This document shows, one piece after another, positions 1-13,502 of a DNA stretch of 64,000 nucleotides. The stretch's first letter is position 1; each line of letters begins with the position of its first letter. Location: positions 13,764,001 through 13,828,000 of the forward strand of contig OU015567.1 in the NCBI GenBank assembly GCA_907165135.1, in the 5' to 3' direction. Under the pieces are notes generated by a model, which searched no databases, had not been told where the DNA came from, and saw only the letters and a list, made by a program, of their open reading frames with translations. Made by a program: the position numbers and the translations under genes. The stretch is from Oikopleura dioica. Its lineage: Eukaryota > Animalia > Chordata.

Positions 1-1473
1 AGCGATCAAAGTATTACTTCTTAGATCGTTTAATGAGATCCGTTTGTCAGTTATAGACCGGATGCCATAAAACCCCGTTACAAAATGACGTTGGTACATA
101 ACGAATAAAATATTTGTTTGCTTTTATTAATCTGATTTTAGGAGACAGCATCTTTATGAGACGCCGAACGATAATTTAAATCTGAAAGGTTAAAGCTCTC
201 CTAGTGAGCTGTTACATGAATGATCCTCGTTTATGGTCGTTTATCGGAGTGAAAGAAGGACTCAAAGCTGGAGGCCCTCGAAAAATGGGCAGAGCCGTTT
301 GGGCAGGTGAGAGATATTGTCACTCACTGCTTCCAATTAGAAATTGCTTACAAATTAGAAATGTTACTGTGCATTTCTTAGAGTTATGAAAGTTTTCTTC
401 GGAGAACGGGGTGTTCCATCATGTCTGTATTTGGTTTCTTTTTATTGTAAAATTTTGCGCTGATCTGAGCCGCGGGCTGCAAGGTGGTAGACTTCCGTTT
501 CTCTCACGTTCATTGCCGAAATCTGTGTAATCAGGCACGAACGTGGTGTTATAAAAATAGAATGCCCTCCTTTGTTACAGTAAAGCTGGGCAACTAGAAT
601 ACATGCTCAGCGATTCCGCGGCGCATTCCTTTCGCTTCAGATTTTTTAACCTTGGGAGAGAGGATCTTTCAGATAATATGCGCGACATGGTGTGGATATC
701 TTCGCTGCTTAACCCACAGCTGCGCTGTCAACAGGGACATGCACATGCAGGGAAGTGCTCAAAAGTTGACATGTAAATCCAGCTCAACATATTTTACTGC
801 CGCTCTTATCGATAACCTAGTCTAAGGAGCAAAGCTTCATACTGAAGGATATCGGCACTAATTCTTAACCCTAACTCTAACTCTGTTTTTAGACATGTCT
901 GACAGACATTTCTTCAAATATTTCGCTTGCAAAAAAACCTTATTACTTCCGATGATTTTCTCGATTATTTGAACCCTTATCCTTATTCCAGCTCTAAATT
1001 GTTACATCCTAGGAGACAGTAAGTGATTGTGAATTTCATCATACCAGCACTAGAACAGACAGATCGAGCGTCATTTCGCGCATTTTGCGTTGCTGCGCTA
1101 ATTAGCGCCTCCTCAAGGTGGCGGCCGGAGCGCGCGCGGCCGCGCATCGCCCTGCCTCGGAAGCGGGGAAGGGTTCTACTCAGCCAAGGTCGCCAAGTTT
1201 GCCGCCACTTGATATAATTATACTTAGAGAGACTCAAGTTGCTTATTTTTCTGAAATCGTTAGTTCGCGCCAGACGACCGCGCTCCTCGGGCACACACGC
1301 CTTCTGAATTGGGCACACGTGCGACTCGTGCCTCAACAACTCACAAAGAGAAATTCTAGTTTCCTCCAAAGCCGAAGAAGCTAGTTTGTCAAGCAGAAAA
1401 ATAAAACAAGAAAACGAAACAGACAAAAAGAGAGAGAGAAAGAACAGAAGAGTAGAGAAGATTAATTTCCAGC

Positions 1474-4400
1474 ATGCTGAAAACGAGCCTGAGCATACTT
1501 GTAAGTACAGTAAGGTGCTAAGCTTGATCAGTGCTAAAGGATGAATTTTCTAGGCTGTGAGAGGGGAGTAGTCAGTATTTAAAATTTGCAAGTTTTTTTT
1601 ACCAGGTCAAGTTCTTAATAATTTGAAATCGCTTCGCAATTTCGGAAGTTGCTTTGAACTTTTTTTGTAGCCGCCTTATTCGCCAGGGGTGGTCTAGCTT
1701 CATTTGATGGCTTGAATAATATATTCACAGATTGCCGATGTCTCGAATATATAAATTCGAAGCCACAAGAAAGATAAAGTTTAAAGCCTTTGAACTCTAT
1801 AAAATTGAGTTATTAATAGCTCGAGTGCTCTACAAATAGAATTTTGTCGCCCATCCAATAATTCTATGGAATCGTCAGAACTTAAAGCTTTACAGAGCTT
1901 TCTCTTATTTAGAGAAATCATTACAGTTATCTCTGGAAAAGGAGACATCTGTCTCTATCAATTCCAGGCGGTCAAATACCAGACTTTACCAGTTATCACT
2001 AGAATTGAATAATAGACAATACTGGCCAAGTCATACTTAGCATTAGTGTATAATTTACTAAAAAGGGAACCAACGAGGAAGTTGGTAAATCACCGTTTAT
2101 AATCATTTAATGAATTAACCCTGCCAATAAATTTAATGAGTGTAGAAGAGAGGATAGAGCTTGTAGGAAATCAAACGATAATCATCCGAAGCAACCGATG
2201 ATTTCCCCTCTTTTCGTGGGAAAGGACGAGGACACGAGCCACAGGCCACAGACGTTTCGCGTTTGACCAAAAGTTCGCGCTGTCAAAAATTTAAATCCCG
2301 CTTTTGATGGCCACGGTCATGTATCAAGGCTAAAAATGTCGGAAGTACCTTGAAAAAAGGGAAGAAAAATTTCGAATATTAAAATTTTTAATATTGAAAA
2401 AATCAATATTCGTTGACCGGAGGTTTATGTTTCTATTCAGACTTGATCCAACTGACCGTAAAAATGTGAATGAAAGGGCTTAGATTATTTCAAAAAACTT
2501 TTTGTGGGGTCGGAAATCGTAAAAAAACTGCAAGTGCAGTTTTTTTCAGCTCGTCAAGACGAGTCGAATGATGGGTCTAACTCCTGATAACTCTAAGGAT
2601 TTACCGGTTTACCGGCTGGTTACCGGAAAATACGTTGTCACCGGCCGTTTTTGTTCGAGAAGTGATAGACTAATGTTTGACACCGGAAATTGTTCCTTAT
2701 AGTCAGTTCTCCTGCAGCCTAAAAGATGAAGGTTGTATCAATTCTCTGAAGAGAGTTATCACTAAAAACAGTAATTTTTACTAAAATTTTGTTGTTGCTG
2801 CACGTTCCTAATTTCTAGTCCCATTTTCGCCAAAAATAGTATTTTAGTGATTACTCTTTTCAGAGAATTGATACAACCTTCATCTTTTAGGCTGCAGGAG
2901 AACTGACTATAAGGAACAATTTCCGGTGTCAAACATTAGTCTATCACTTCTCGAACAAAAACGGCCGGTGACAACGTATTTTCCGGTAACCAGCCGGTAA
3001 ACCGGTAAATCCTTAGAGTTATCAGGAGTTAGACCCATCATTCGACTCGTCTTGACGAGCTGAAGAAAACTGCACTTGCAGTTTTTTTACGATTTCCGGC
3101 CCCACAAAAAGTTTTTTGAAATCATCTTACAGTGTTAATGAAAGACTGTAATTGCTCTTAGTCAGCCAGAGGGGAGGTAGGGGATTAAACATTTGCGCGG
3201 CTTGCGGAATGTATATTGCGTAACTGTAAATCTTCAAAACGCCCGTGAACTTACACCCTCCGGGCGAGGTTTGTCCCTGCCAGAGGGCACGCTGATTTTT
3301 CGACATCTGACATTTTTTCTTCAGAATCTAATAAAAATCAATTAGCGTCTTGAAAGTATGCCAAAAGCCATTGCGTCCTTAACTGTTCAAACCAGGTTCT
3401 TACAGTCAAGCTACAGTCAGAAGGTCTGGGAAGAACTTACTTATGCATTTCTTTGAAATTTTAAATGCTGGTCGTAAAACGTAAAAATCTATTGAGCGGG
3501 TAATGATTTTTTAATGCGCTGATTCAGAATTTCAGAAAGTTCAAAAAGCCGACTCTGAAAGAATACAAAAAATGGCGAAATACAATATTTAACCACGATT
3601 TGAGAAAATAACAATGGAATAAAATTTACTAGCAGCTATTTTCTTCGAGTCTGCATCTTTCATTGTTACATAACAGCTGTATTCTGGGATTAACAAAGTT
3701 AGTGTAAGGCAGTTCCGGAGCTTCTAAGAGCTTTAGATCTTTCTAAGAAGTCAGCAAAAATCCACTCACGTGACTTCCGACCATCTGAGTCCAAAATTCA
3801 ACAAGAGGCTATCTCGTGCTCATTTTCGATACTATAGCCAAAGCATAGGCTTCTGAAACTGAGCTTGAATTTTGCCAAAAAGACGACAATTTTTATGGTC
3901 CATAAAAAACGAGTACAACAATCACAAACAATCTTCCAATCGAACCGGTCTGAAAACGGAGACGGGAGCGTTTTCCTATCAATGAAAAAGTATTGAACTT
4001 TGGATATAAGAAGACTCTACTATCACTTCTGTAGGCAAACATGCACTAGTGATAATAATTTGCTATTGATTTTTGATAAATAGAGCTTTCAATTTCCGAT
4101 TTTCCAAGCAAAAAAAAATCATCAAAAAATAATTTTGATCATCACTTTTTCTTCTGAAAAGAATAAAAAGTCAAATCCTTCCGAGAGGCAAAATTCAACA
4201 AAGGAAAAGAATGGAAGCTTCAGAAAATTTTGTAAACAACCTAAGACACCTCAAGACACTTTTCTGAAGGAGCTTAATGCTTCTCAAGAGCAGTTTTGTT
4301 CAATTGAGCTTCATCAGCTAAAATAATTGTTGCTTCAGTTGAGTATCATCTTCATTTCAGACACTTTTGATAGGGCGTACTTAGCAGTATCTTACTGGGA

Positions 4401-7400
4401 ACATAATTGGTCATCATGCATTTTAGGGTTAAGGGGGTAGAACTAGGTTTTTCGAAAATAGCCGATTTTAGACCGGCGGTCAAAGCCAGGAGAGCTTAGA
4501 TTTTCAAATTTTCTCTTCGGTTGAAGAAAGAACAAACTTAGATCTAACAACATTTTTCTTAAATTTTTTTTTTCGTCAACACATTTTGGCGGTAGAGAGC
4601 GAAACGTCAACCCACCTCTTCGAAAATCGCAATTTTAACGTATTCGCGTCCTCAAATTTATCGAGTCACGTGACTAGCCAAATTTTTTAAATCTCATTTT
4701 AAGATAGTTTAATCATTTATCTAGCAACATTTTTGAGGAAATTGCGTAATCATAAGTAAAAACAGGTTTTTCTTATTTAAAGTGCCTCCCGAAAATCACG
4801 GGTTTTCCAAAAAAGCCGACTTTTGAAATGAGATTTTGAAAATACAATTTTTCGTGTTGACCAAAGAATACTCCTGATTTCTATAACCGGTATTGATATA
4901 AAAGCTGATGCCAAAACGGAAGCGTTCTTGTTTGAGAGAAAATCTGGAATTTTGGCCGGCAGTTTGGCGGCGCTTGTGCTGGCCAACTCGCGGTACTCGC
5001 CCGGGCGATTTTACGAACACTTATCCGTATTCACGGCGCGCACATTTCCGATTTATGATTTTCACTCAGCTTTGATGCTTTATTTACTTACCAAGATTTA
5101 TGTGTAAATGCTTCCGAGGGGAAGCGAGGGGCTATTGTTGTGAGCTGACTTTGATATCAATAATTAATAAACTCGTCGATTAGTTCCTGGTCGACAAAAC
5201 CGTCTGAAAAGGAGCTTTCATAACCGACTGAAATTTATTTGAACACACAGTGATTTTAACCTGTCAGTCTTATCACTCATTCTCCCGGCCAGAATGTTTA
5301 TCAACAAGCTAATCAGTGATTAATTTCAGTTTCGAATATTTTTACCCACTTGACCTCGAGATGATGACCTTGACCGTTTCTTCTCGCAGTAAAAAAAGAA
5401 GGACTTGGACGGTGATATGAGCGAAATAAATTGTCATAAATATGAAGTTGACCTTTTACACGATTCGGGGGCACAGACAGCGCGGGGAGACTCATTGTCT
5501 TTTGTGTTTAGACGCGTTCTATCACAAAACGAGCGGGCTATCATTCAGTCATGGAATGGACCAGTTATGGCTCGATTATTTTCTTAGGAATCGTCTCCCA
5601 GTCAGAAGAATTTCTGGCGCAGCAAAATAATTGTCTAAAAAATGCGTTTTTGAACACTTGAATCGCGCTATTTCTATCGGAGTTGTTTTGTAAAAGAAAG
5701 TCAGCTTTTGAATTATCTTGATCAAAAAAAATACAGAAAAAATGAGCTCAAGATCTGTTTATCATCCTTGATCCATCCTCCTCGAAATCCGGTTAATCCA
5801 TAGACTTGAAGCCTACATTCAAATTTCGCTGCGTAAGGATTAGACAAAATAGTTAAATAAAAAATATCTACACATGATGCAATCGAGGTAGAAAAACATG
5901 GCCTGAGCGACAGAGTGATTCTGCTTCCGCTCAAGCTCAATAAATTAATCCACAGCGTTCGGAAGGTGTTCCCACCACGTAGCACCTGCAATGTTCCGTA
6001 GATCTGACGATGCTCGTGCTCAAGCGGCAGATCTTTATTAGCTCGATTTCCTGAACTTGACTGACCTCTCACAGACTGATCATGGCCTTGCTTGACCTTT
6101 TTAGCAATTCATTACATGCTTAGCTAATTATTTCTTTAGATATATCTGATAGAAGCATCACTATGTTCAACCCCGCCTTGGTACACCGACGATCACGCAA
6201 AGTTTCAAAAACACCTCGATGAAAAATTTCCCAGTTCAAGGAAACGGGTGACAAGTTAGAATACAAAAAACTTGAATTTCATTGTTTTTGAATTCTCGAT
6301 TTTTGAAATCTCTGTCTCTAGTAACTCTGGAGCGTGCTTGATGACCCGTATCAAGTTATTCTCTCGCTGAGGTCAACGTCTTACCGCATCCCACAATATC
6401 CGCCGCGCATCTGGGCACACTTAGGTACTTACAGCTAGAATACTAAAATACTACATACAAGGACACCGTTTTTATTAGGCTCCATTTTTGTTATGGGCTT
6501 ATGTAATTTTTCTCCTTAGAAATTCGTTCTTTACAGAAAATTATTCAAAACATTGACCACTGGCGCTTTCAATCTCTTCCATAAATATCTATAAATAATT
6601 TTAAAGCCACTGTAAAACGTAGAGAAGAGGTGCAACTGTATCTTTTTATGACGAAGTCTCTTTTCTATTCACTTTTCTTTTCATTCCAAGAAAGTTCAAA
6701 CTTTCCAACGTCGAAAGTTTCATTTTAATCAAATTTTCGGTAATAAAATTTCTCGTCTTAGGTTACAGCTGTTGTCTGGCGATCACGAAATCGGCTTATT
6801 CCACAGACGTTCAGTTTTCGAAAATACCACCATAAGTCTTGAATACGAACTCGAGTCGGATGCGTTTAGGTAAGAGCCTTCAATTTGCTGATCAGAAGTG
6901 ACCGCTTTTAAGCTTATCGAATTTTGGAGAAGAGTGTATTTTCGCCGTGAAGAGTGCTCCTGAAGGGCTCGTGGAGAGCAATACAACTTCCGAAGGCACT
7001 TTAAACTTATGCAATGAGGGCACGAGTGGACACGTGATTCTTAACGGCAATGACTTTCTTGTCGAGTCGATGGATGCTTCTGATTTCGGACTCAGGAAAG
7101 AGGCTTCACTTGCAAATCGGATGAAACCAATGTGGACCATTATGTGGTTAGGGTTAGGGTTTGGGTTAGGGTTATTGAGTAAAGCCATCGAAGTAAAAAT
7201 ATGATCGTGATTTACCCGATTCCCGACAAACTCCACGATGATGTATATCCGGGCATCGATCTACTGGACATTATCAATCAGAAAAAGGAAGAAGTATCTC
7301 GCGTTAGGCGAGATTCGTCACGAAATCGTAAGTATTGCCTTAAAAATGTGTGGGCTTTGAGTGTTGTTTCTCTTTGACAAGTTGTTAGTCAGACTTGTCG

Positions 7401-10400
7401 TAGATTTACTGCCAAGCAAGGTTAAATGATTTACGGCAAGGCGGCAGTGCTCCGAATTAAAGAGATTCTCTCAAAGAAACAAAAAAGGACACCTGTGATA
7501 TAAAGCCATCCATTTATAAAAGAAAAATCATGTTACATAATTAATGCAGTTTACACGCATGTAATCACGATAATAAAATAACTAGCCGTTCCTAGAATCA
7601 AACATTCTATCTCATTCTACCGCGCTAAAACAAAGGAGCTCCTTAATTATTTCTATATAAAGTGTCTTTCTGTCGTAACTGAGGGAAATGAACTCTCGTT
7701 CAATAAGTGGCTAAGCTATTTGACCGGAAGAATCGAAAGCCTGCTGAAAAATCAGCGGAAGCACTTTGGGAGAATTTCCATCTTTTCATTGTAAGCGCAG
7801 GTGAGGGATTTGTGCTTAGTTTATAAAAATAGTTCCTCAAGTGCGAGACGATTCATTGTCTTTTTGAGAAATAAAGACAGCCCGGCTCCGGAGTCGATTC
7901 TGAACCGGGAGACACCTGTACAGAACTGCCAATACAGGGATAATGTAATTTAATCCAAATAAACTCGCGGTAGAAGAATCGAACGGTATTCCATTCAATT
8001 CACGAAAGCCAGTCATCAATAATCGACATATTAGGGGGGTTAATAGCCATTAACGTTACGGTCAAGATTCTCCAGCTGAATCTCCTCCCAGATTTAAAAA
8101 AGTGCTTATGTAATAGACTCGTTTTCTATTTTTAATCTTGGCATAAACAAGTGTCCCGCAGAACAAGCACTTGACTTCATACGAGTTTCGAAGTTAATGG
8201 CGCGATTTATAAGTTCATTTTGATACCTTGAGTGTGACCCAAGACCCACCTGGCCGGAACATCATACGTAATACCGATTTATATCCAATTAATTTTACAC
8301 TTTTTTCAAACTAGATTCAATTGTTAAATTCCTAGTTTTTACTGCTATAATTCCGAAAATTCTATTTTCTATAAACGAATTGCCATCATAACAAAAAATT
8401 TAATGCTTCTCCAGCATTTTCGATCGAATTTTGCCGATTTGATATTGTCTGCAAGACATTCACAAGTTTATAGCATTGCGAACGGCAGATATCATTATCA
8501 AACAGCACGTTGAAATATTAATATCCTCGGCGTCATAAAAACTAAGCGAGATAAGGCATTTATCTTGTCCAAACTTCTCCATGGAAGCGTTATTCAGAAA
8601 TGTGTAAATCGGCTTTGTTCCCGATCAGCCGCCGACTTAGTTCACTTTTGGCCAAGCCAAAAGTCGAGGGATTTATGAATTCTTATGGAGTGATTCAGCC
8701 AGCCAATCCCCCGCCAATTGATAAAACTCATAGCACGTAACTTCGGTAGGATTGTCCTACGTCACGGGAATAATTCATGCCCGAAAATCTCCTCGATCCA
8801 GGAAACTAAATAATAAGCGCTAGAAATACGTCACATACAGTTTCTCAAAGGAGCTTATAACAGGTCTTTGACGCTATAAATTGGGGAGAAAACTAAGTGG
8901 CCCCTTTGAAAAGTTCATTCTAGCAACTTATTCATAGACTTTCGAAATAAATTACTTATTGCGTCTTTAAAATCATGTTTATGATAATGTTTATTTAGTC
9001 GACCCGACTGAGAACCTTGTTATCGAATTGATGATCGTTGTTGATTCCGCCTTCATCAAAAAGCATCGCGACTTGTATAGCGTCAAACTCTACTTGCAGA
9101 CGATCTTGGGAATCATGTCTAATATCTACAGGTACGTCCTTTCTCATTGCGAATTCCATTGACGTTTTGTGTCGAATGCTATTACAGTGAGTATTAGACT
9201 GAGTGAGAAATGGGTGAGTTATGAACTAGTTTGGTCATAAATTGCCGTGAATAAAGCTGCTAAAGCGTGGCTACAGGCCCACCGCGCTTGCTGCTTTACT
9301 CATTACGAATTTTTCATTCACTCACCCGAGGCCAGGTCCAAGGTCCGCTTCTAAACCCAAGCCTACCGTGGCCGTATATCTTACGGGCTTGGTACCCCTA
9401 CTCAACCTAAAGGAGGTGAAAATCAAGCGATTACGACGCATAGCATGCCTGAGTCAAGGAAACGGAATAAAGTAACAACTGTAGCTCTGAATCCGGTACA
9501 GCATGTCAGCGGATAATAGCTTATTCCAAAGATTAGATAATCGTGTCTAACATTCAAAAATTTAGAGATCCAAGCCTGGGCGTACGAATCGAACTTCGAA
9601 TCCTTGACACGATTTTAATGCACCGGGATCGCTTCCGCATCTATCAAGACGCAGAAGTGACCTTGAGAAACTTCTGTGAGTACCAACACGATTACTACAG
9701 ACGAAAGCGTTTGCATCCCGCTGATCACGCAATTTTCCTCACTGGAGTTGACATTTGCGTCGGTGGCTATCGCCCTAGCTGTCCTACGCTCGGTTTTGCT
9801 AACATCGGTGGGATGTGCGACTCTAAGGGACGACGTTCTTGCTCGATTAGTCAAGACTCCGGCCTCGCTACTGCCTACACCGCCGCGCACGAAATGGGAC
9901 ACTCATTTGGAATAATGCATGACGGAGATCAAAATTCCTGCTTCCGTTCTCAAGGCATGCTCATGGCGTCGAAACTTGCCGGCTCTACTTCAGGGTCAAT
10001 CAAGTGGTCTGAGTGTTCCCGAAGAAAACTATTGCAATTCCTATACAGTCCTGGATCTGACTGCTTGCGAGAAACCTCTAGGCGCTCAAAGCCAGTAACG
10101 ATTCATCAAACGAGCAGCTCAAGTTCTGTGAGACTCCGGTCATTGCGCTCTATCCGTCCCCAATTACCCGGGGAAGTTTACTCGGCCGACGAACAATGCA
10201 GGTATGTATAATCACTTCCTCTCTATTTTCGAAGCTGAAAATATCCACCTGTTTCTCCATCAGATGGTTTACTTTTCGTCTAGACTCGCCTACGGAGCAA
10301 GTAGCTCGGTGTGTTCTTATGCGGCCGCGGGCGACGACCTTTGCAAATACCTTTTCTGCAACGTTGCGGACACTTTCTACGGACAAAAATGCATCTCGAT

Positions 10401-13006
10401 GAAAATGCCTCCCGCAGAAGGCACATCTTGTGGCCGTGGAAAATGGTGCAGACAAGGAAGCTGTGTCCGAGAAGGTGGTTACTCAAGTGCAATTGATGGT
10501 AACTGGGGATCTTGGGGCTCCTGGTCTCCTTGCCCGGCGGAATGTGGCTCAACTGGTGTTCGAGTTCGAACAAGAACCTGTTCCGATCCTGCGCCTGCCT
10601 ATGGTGGACTGTACTGCAGAGGGAATCACGAAGATACTAGGACTTGCATGGGCGAAGCATGTGATACGTACTCAATGTTCTCGCGAGAGGATCAATGTAA
10701 ACAACTCCAGCCTTCGTACCGTGCCCGCTCACTACGCGCGCTGACAGGTACCTCGTCGAGCAACAACTCGTGGAAGCCATACCTTACGGCAGCAAACTAT
10801 CGATCATGTAAACTGCAATGCCAAAGTACTGGCGACATGTACGATACTAAAGTCGTCAGCACGATTGTCGCAGACGGCACGAGCTGCGGAAAGGTACGTA
10901 AAAAGCATGATCCGCAAGGAATTTCTTGGGATTTTAATGATCTGATCATTATTGAAACTTTTACAGGATGGCACAAGCTATTGTTATGAAGGAAAATGCC
11001 GACGAATCGGTTGTGACGGAGCCATGGACGGTATGGAGCTCGATAAATGCGGAGTCTGTGGAGGTGATTCTACTTCATGCATTCATAAGCGATTCGTGTG
11101 GGTTGCGGGATCACGAGGACGGGAAAAACCTCTAGAGATCCCAGCAACTGCTACCAACGTCGAAATTAGCCAGGTTGAATACAGTAGTCGTTAGGTCATG
11201 CTTCAGCGTAATTTTTAGGCGGTCGCAGCCACTTCATCACTCCAAATGAGCTCGCTGGACAATGATCCTACTGAGATTGACTTTTCTGGAAAAATGGCTG
11301 CTCAGGTGACCTTGGCTGGCTCCGAGTGGTACTATGAGCGGTCAATCAGGTCCAAAGAAGAAATCTCTTCGCCGGGGCCCTTGGCGACTTCTGTTAGGAA
11401 AGAGTTCTGAATTCAAACGCAAGCTGGACCATTATTTTATGTGCGCAGCTGATTTGAGCGACACGATTTAGTGATTTTTATGATTCTAGTCCCTACCGCA
11501 TCGCTTTTGATTCCTTACACCTAGAATCTGCTGAAATAGATCAAATGTCCTGAGGGTCAATATCAGACAGCTCATCTTCCAATAGAGCGGAAATATTAAA
11601 TGAGAATTTGTGGAAGGAAGTGCTTCTTCCTGTAATAAACAACGGCTTTATTCTCTTTTTGAATAAGTTGTGTTGGCTCAGCATTCGAACTTTTACAAAG
11701 ATTCATGTCAAAAGTACATTATGGACAGCCAACTTTCACCGTCAGCTACTACATAAGCCGTGATGTTGTCCTGGACGAGATAAGTCCGGAACTCGTCGAA
11801 GATCCTTATGTTTGGGAAGACGAGCCGGAAGCATGCTCTAAAACCTGTGGAGTTGGAGGAATAAAAGTCATCAAATCGACATGTGTTGAGAAAGCAACAA
11901 AAATCAAGGTGTCCTCGGACCACTGCAAAGATCCACCACCTCGATGGAGAACAGAGCCGTGCGAGCTCGAAGACTGTCCTGCTCTTGCAAGATGGGAATC
12001 TAGTGAATGGGGAAGCTGTTCAGCTAATTGTGGTCATGGAACAGCCACGAGAATAGTCCGATGTATAAAGGAAATAAACGGACAAGAAGTAATTGTTTCG
12101 ACAGATCAGTGTCAAAACGAGCCAAAACCATCAGGAAAGGTTCTTTCTATGTCTGCGAATAACAGTAACATGGACTGTTAAACAGCTGATCCATCATTAG
12201 CTGAAAAACTTCAGAGTTTATTGGAGATACTTAAACTTAAGCCGAGTACAAGCTGAACGCGCTATAAATCAAAGTGCATAATCCCTCTTTGACTGCATGA
12301 CTAAAGGATGAACTCAATAAAAGACTCTCAGACCTGTCAAATCACGCCTTGCACCGCAAAGTGGACCTTTTCAACGTGGTCAAGGGTAAGTTCTCTCATT
12401 CTAGAGATTTCTTTTTTAAAATAATTTTAGTGCTCTGCTCAATGTCCTTCGCATAGCTCTGGCACTGTAAATGGAGAGCAAACGAGGGCAGCTTCCTGTC
12501 GAAGGATTGATAATATTTCAATTCTCTCACACAGCGAAAACTGCCAAGGTTCAAGGCCAGCAGATCAGACACGCAACTGCAGGCGACGGTGCCACGGGCG
12601 ACGTGGTAACTCCTCATCGAGGCGGCAACTTGCAAATTGGCGAACAGGAGCGTGGACTTCTGTAAGAACCCTAAAAGTATTCAAAGCTCATTTAAATAAT
12701 TCTAGTGTTCAAAAACATGCGGGGGAGGAGAACAGCATCGCTCAGTCAAGTGCAGAAGCAGGCGAGGATGCCGAGGACGGAAGCCACTTAGCTCTCAGGC
12801 TTGTAATATCCAAAGGTAAGATTAAACCAAATGACTTTATGCCGACTGAACTTTTCAGCTGCCCTGTGTACAGTACGCAAATGCCATCAACGTCGATGAG
12901 ACCGGAGAGATGTGTGGATATGTATCAAGCTTGCACGAAAATACGAAGCAGTTGCGGCTCACATAACTTTAACGAAATCTGCTGCCACACTTGCTCCAAT
13001 ACGTAA
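1474..13006 (+). CDS. ADAMTS: ADAMTS-family metalloprotease, multi-exon (signal/prodomain, reprolysin, disintegrin-like, TSR, Cys-rich, spacer, about 4 further TSRs, PLAC)
   Basis: Zinc motif HEMGHSFGIMHD in ORF 9543-10211. TSR WGSWGSWSPCPAECG...RTRTC and Cys-rich DKCGVCGGD follow. C-terminal PLAC-like CVDMYQAC...CCHTC ends at TAA 13004-13006. Prodomain exons at about 6770-7330 end in furin site RVRR; exon at 9000-9131 reads ENLVIELMIVVD. The first exon MLKTSLSIL|gtaagt (1474-1500) is tentative. Confidence 0.9.
2483..3126. mobile_element. Foldback MITE-like element (about 285-bp inverted arms, about 75-bp spacer, TTA TSD)
   Basis: 2483-~2768 is a near-perfect reverse complement of ~2842-3126. 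TTA flanks both ends (2480-2482, 3127-3129). Termini and the central GCTGCACGTTCCTA motif are shared with the element at 25927-28668. Confidence 0.85.
7147..7174 (+). repeat. Short interstitial TTAGGG-type repeat
   Basis: GTTA GGGTTA GGGTTT GGGTTA GGGTTA, lying in or next to a short intron of the ADAMTS prodomain region. Confidence 0.6.
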
Positions 13007-13502
13007 TCATACGAATGAGCAAAAACAACAAAAACCACTTCCTTCACAAACGAAAAGAAAACAGATTATCGAACCTCAGTTCACTGCCAAACTCAGGCGA
13101 CTATTGATACTAGTAAGTCGGAAAATGATCCGATCTTCAAAAGCCGAACCAAAAATGTCATGATCATAAACCTCATCTTATTTAAATATATATAAAAATG
13201 CACCTCTCTTTGATATATCTTATGCTCTGATACTTCACAAAACAAAAATTAAACTTGCTTCATCCGAAAAAATATCTCACTGTGAAAAAAACAAACTCGT
13301 TAAACTACCTTGCTATTCACTGTACTGTTCTGTAAAAAATAATGCAGTACAGTGAATTTTGAAAAACTGTCAAGAATGATCATTGCTGTATAATATTTTC
13401 AATAAATTGCTTTGCAAATTATAACTCTTCCTTGATTTCAATTTAGGGTCAAATTTATTGGACAGAAAATTTAGGGCCAAAAGAATTTTTTAAAGAAATA
13501 AT

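Noticed and set aside
983-1426. ORFs in the GC-rich stretch upstream of ADAMTS
   Set aside because: No homology cues or splice structure; more likely promoter or 5'UTR sequence.
4430-5025. Possible degenerate MITEs (TTAA-GGGGG start; weak inverted AAGTG..AAAATC..GG ends)
   Set aside because: The TIR match is poor and no TSD could be assigned.
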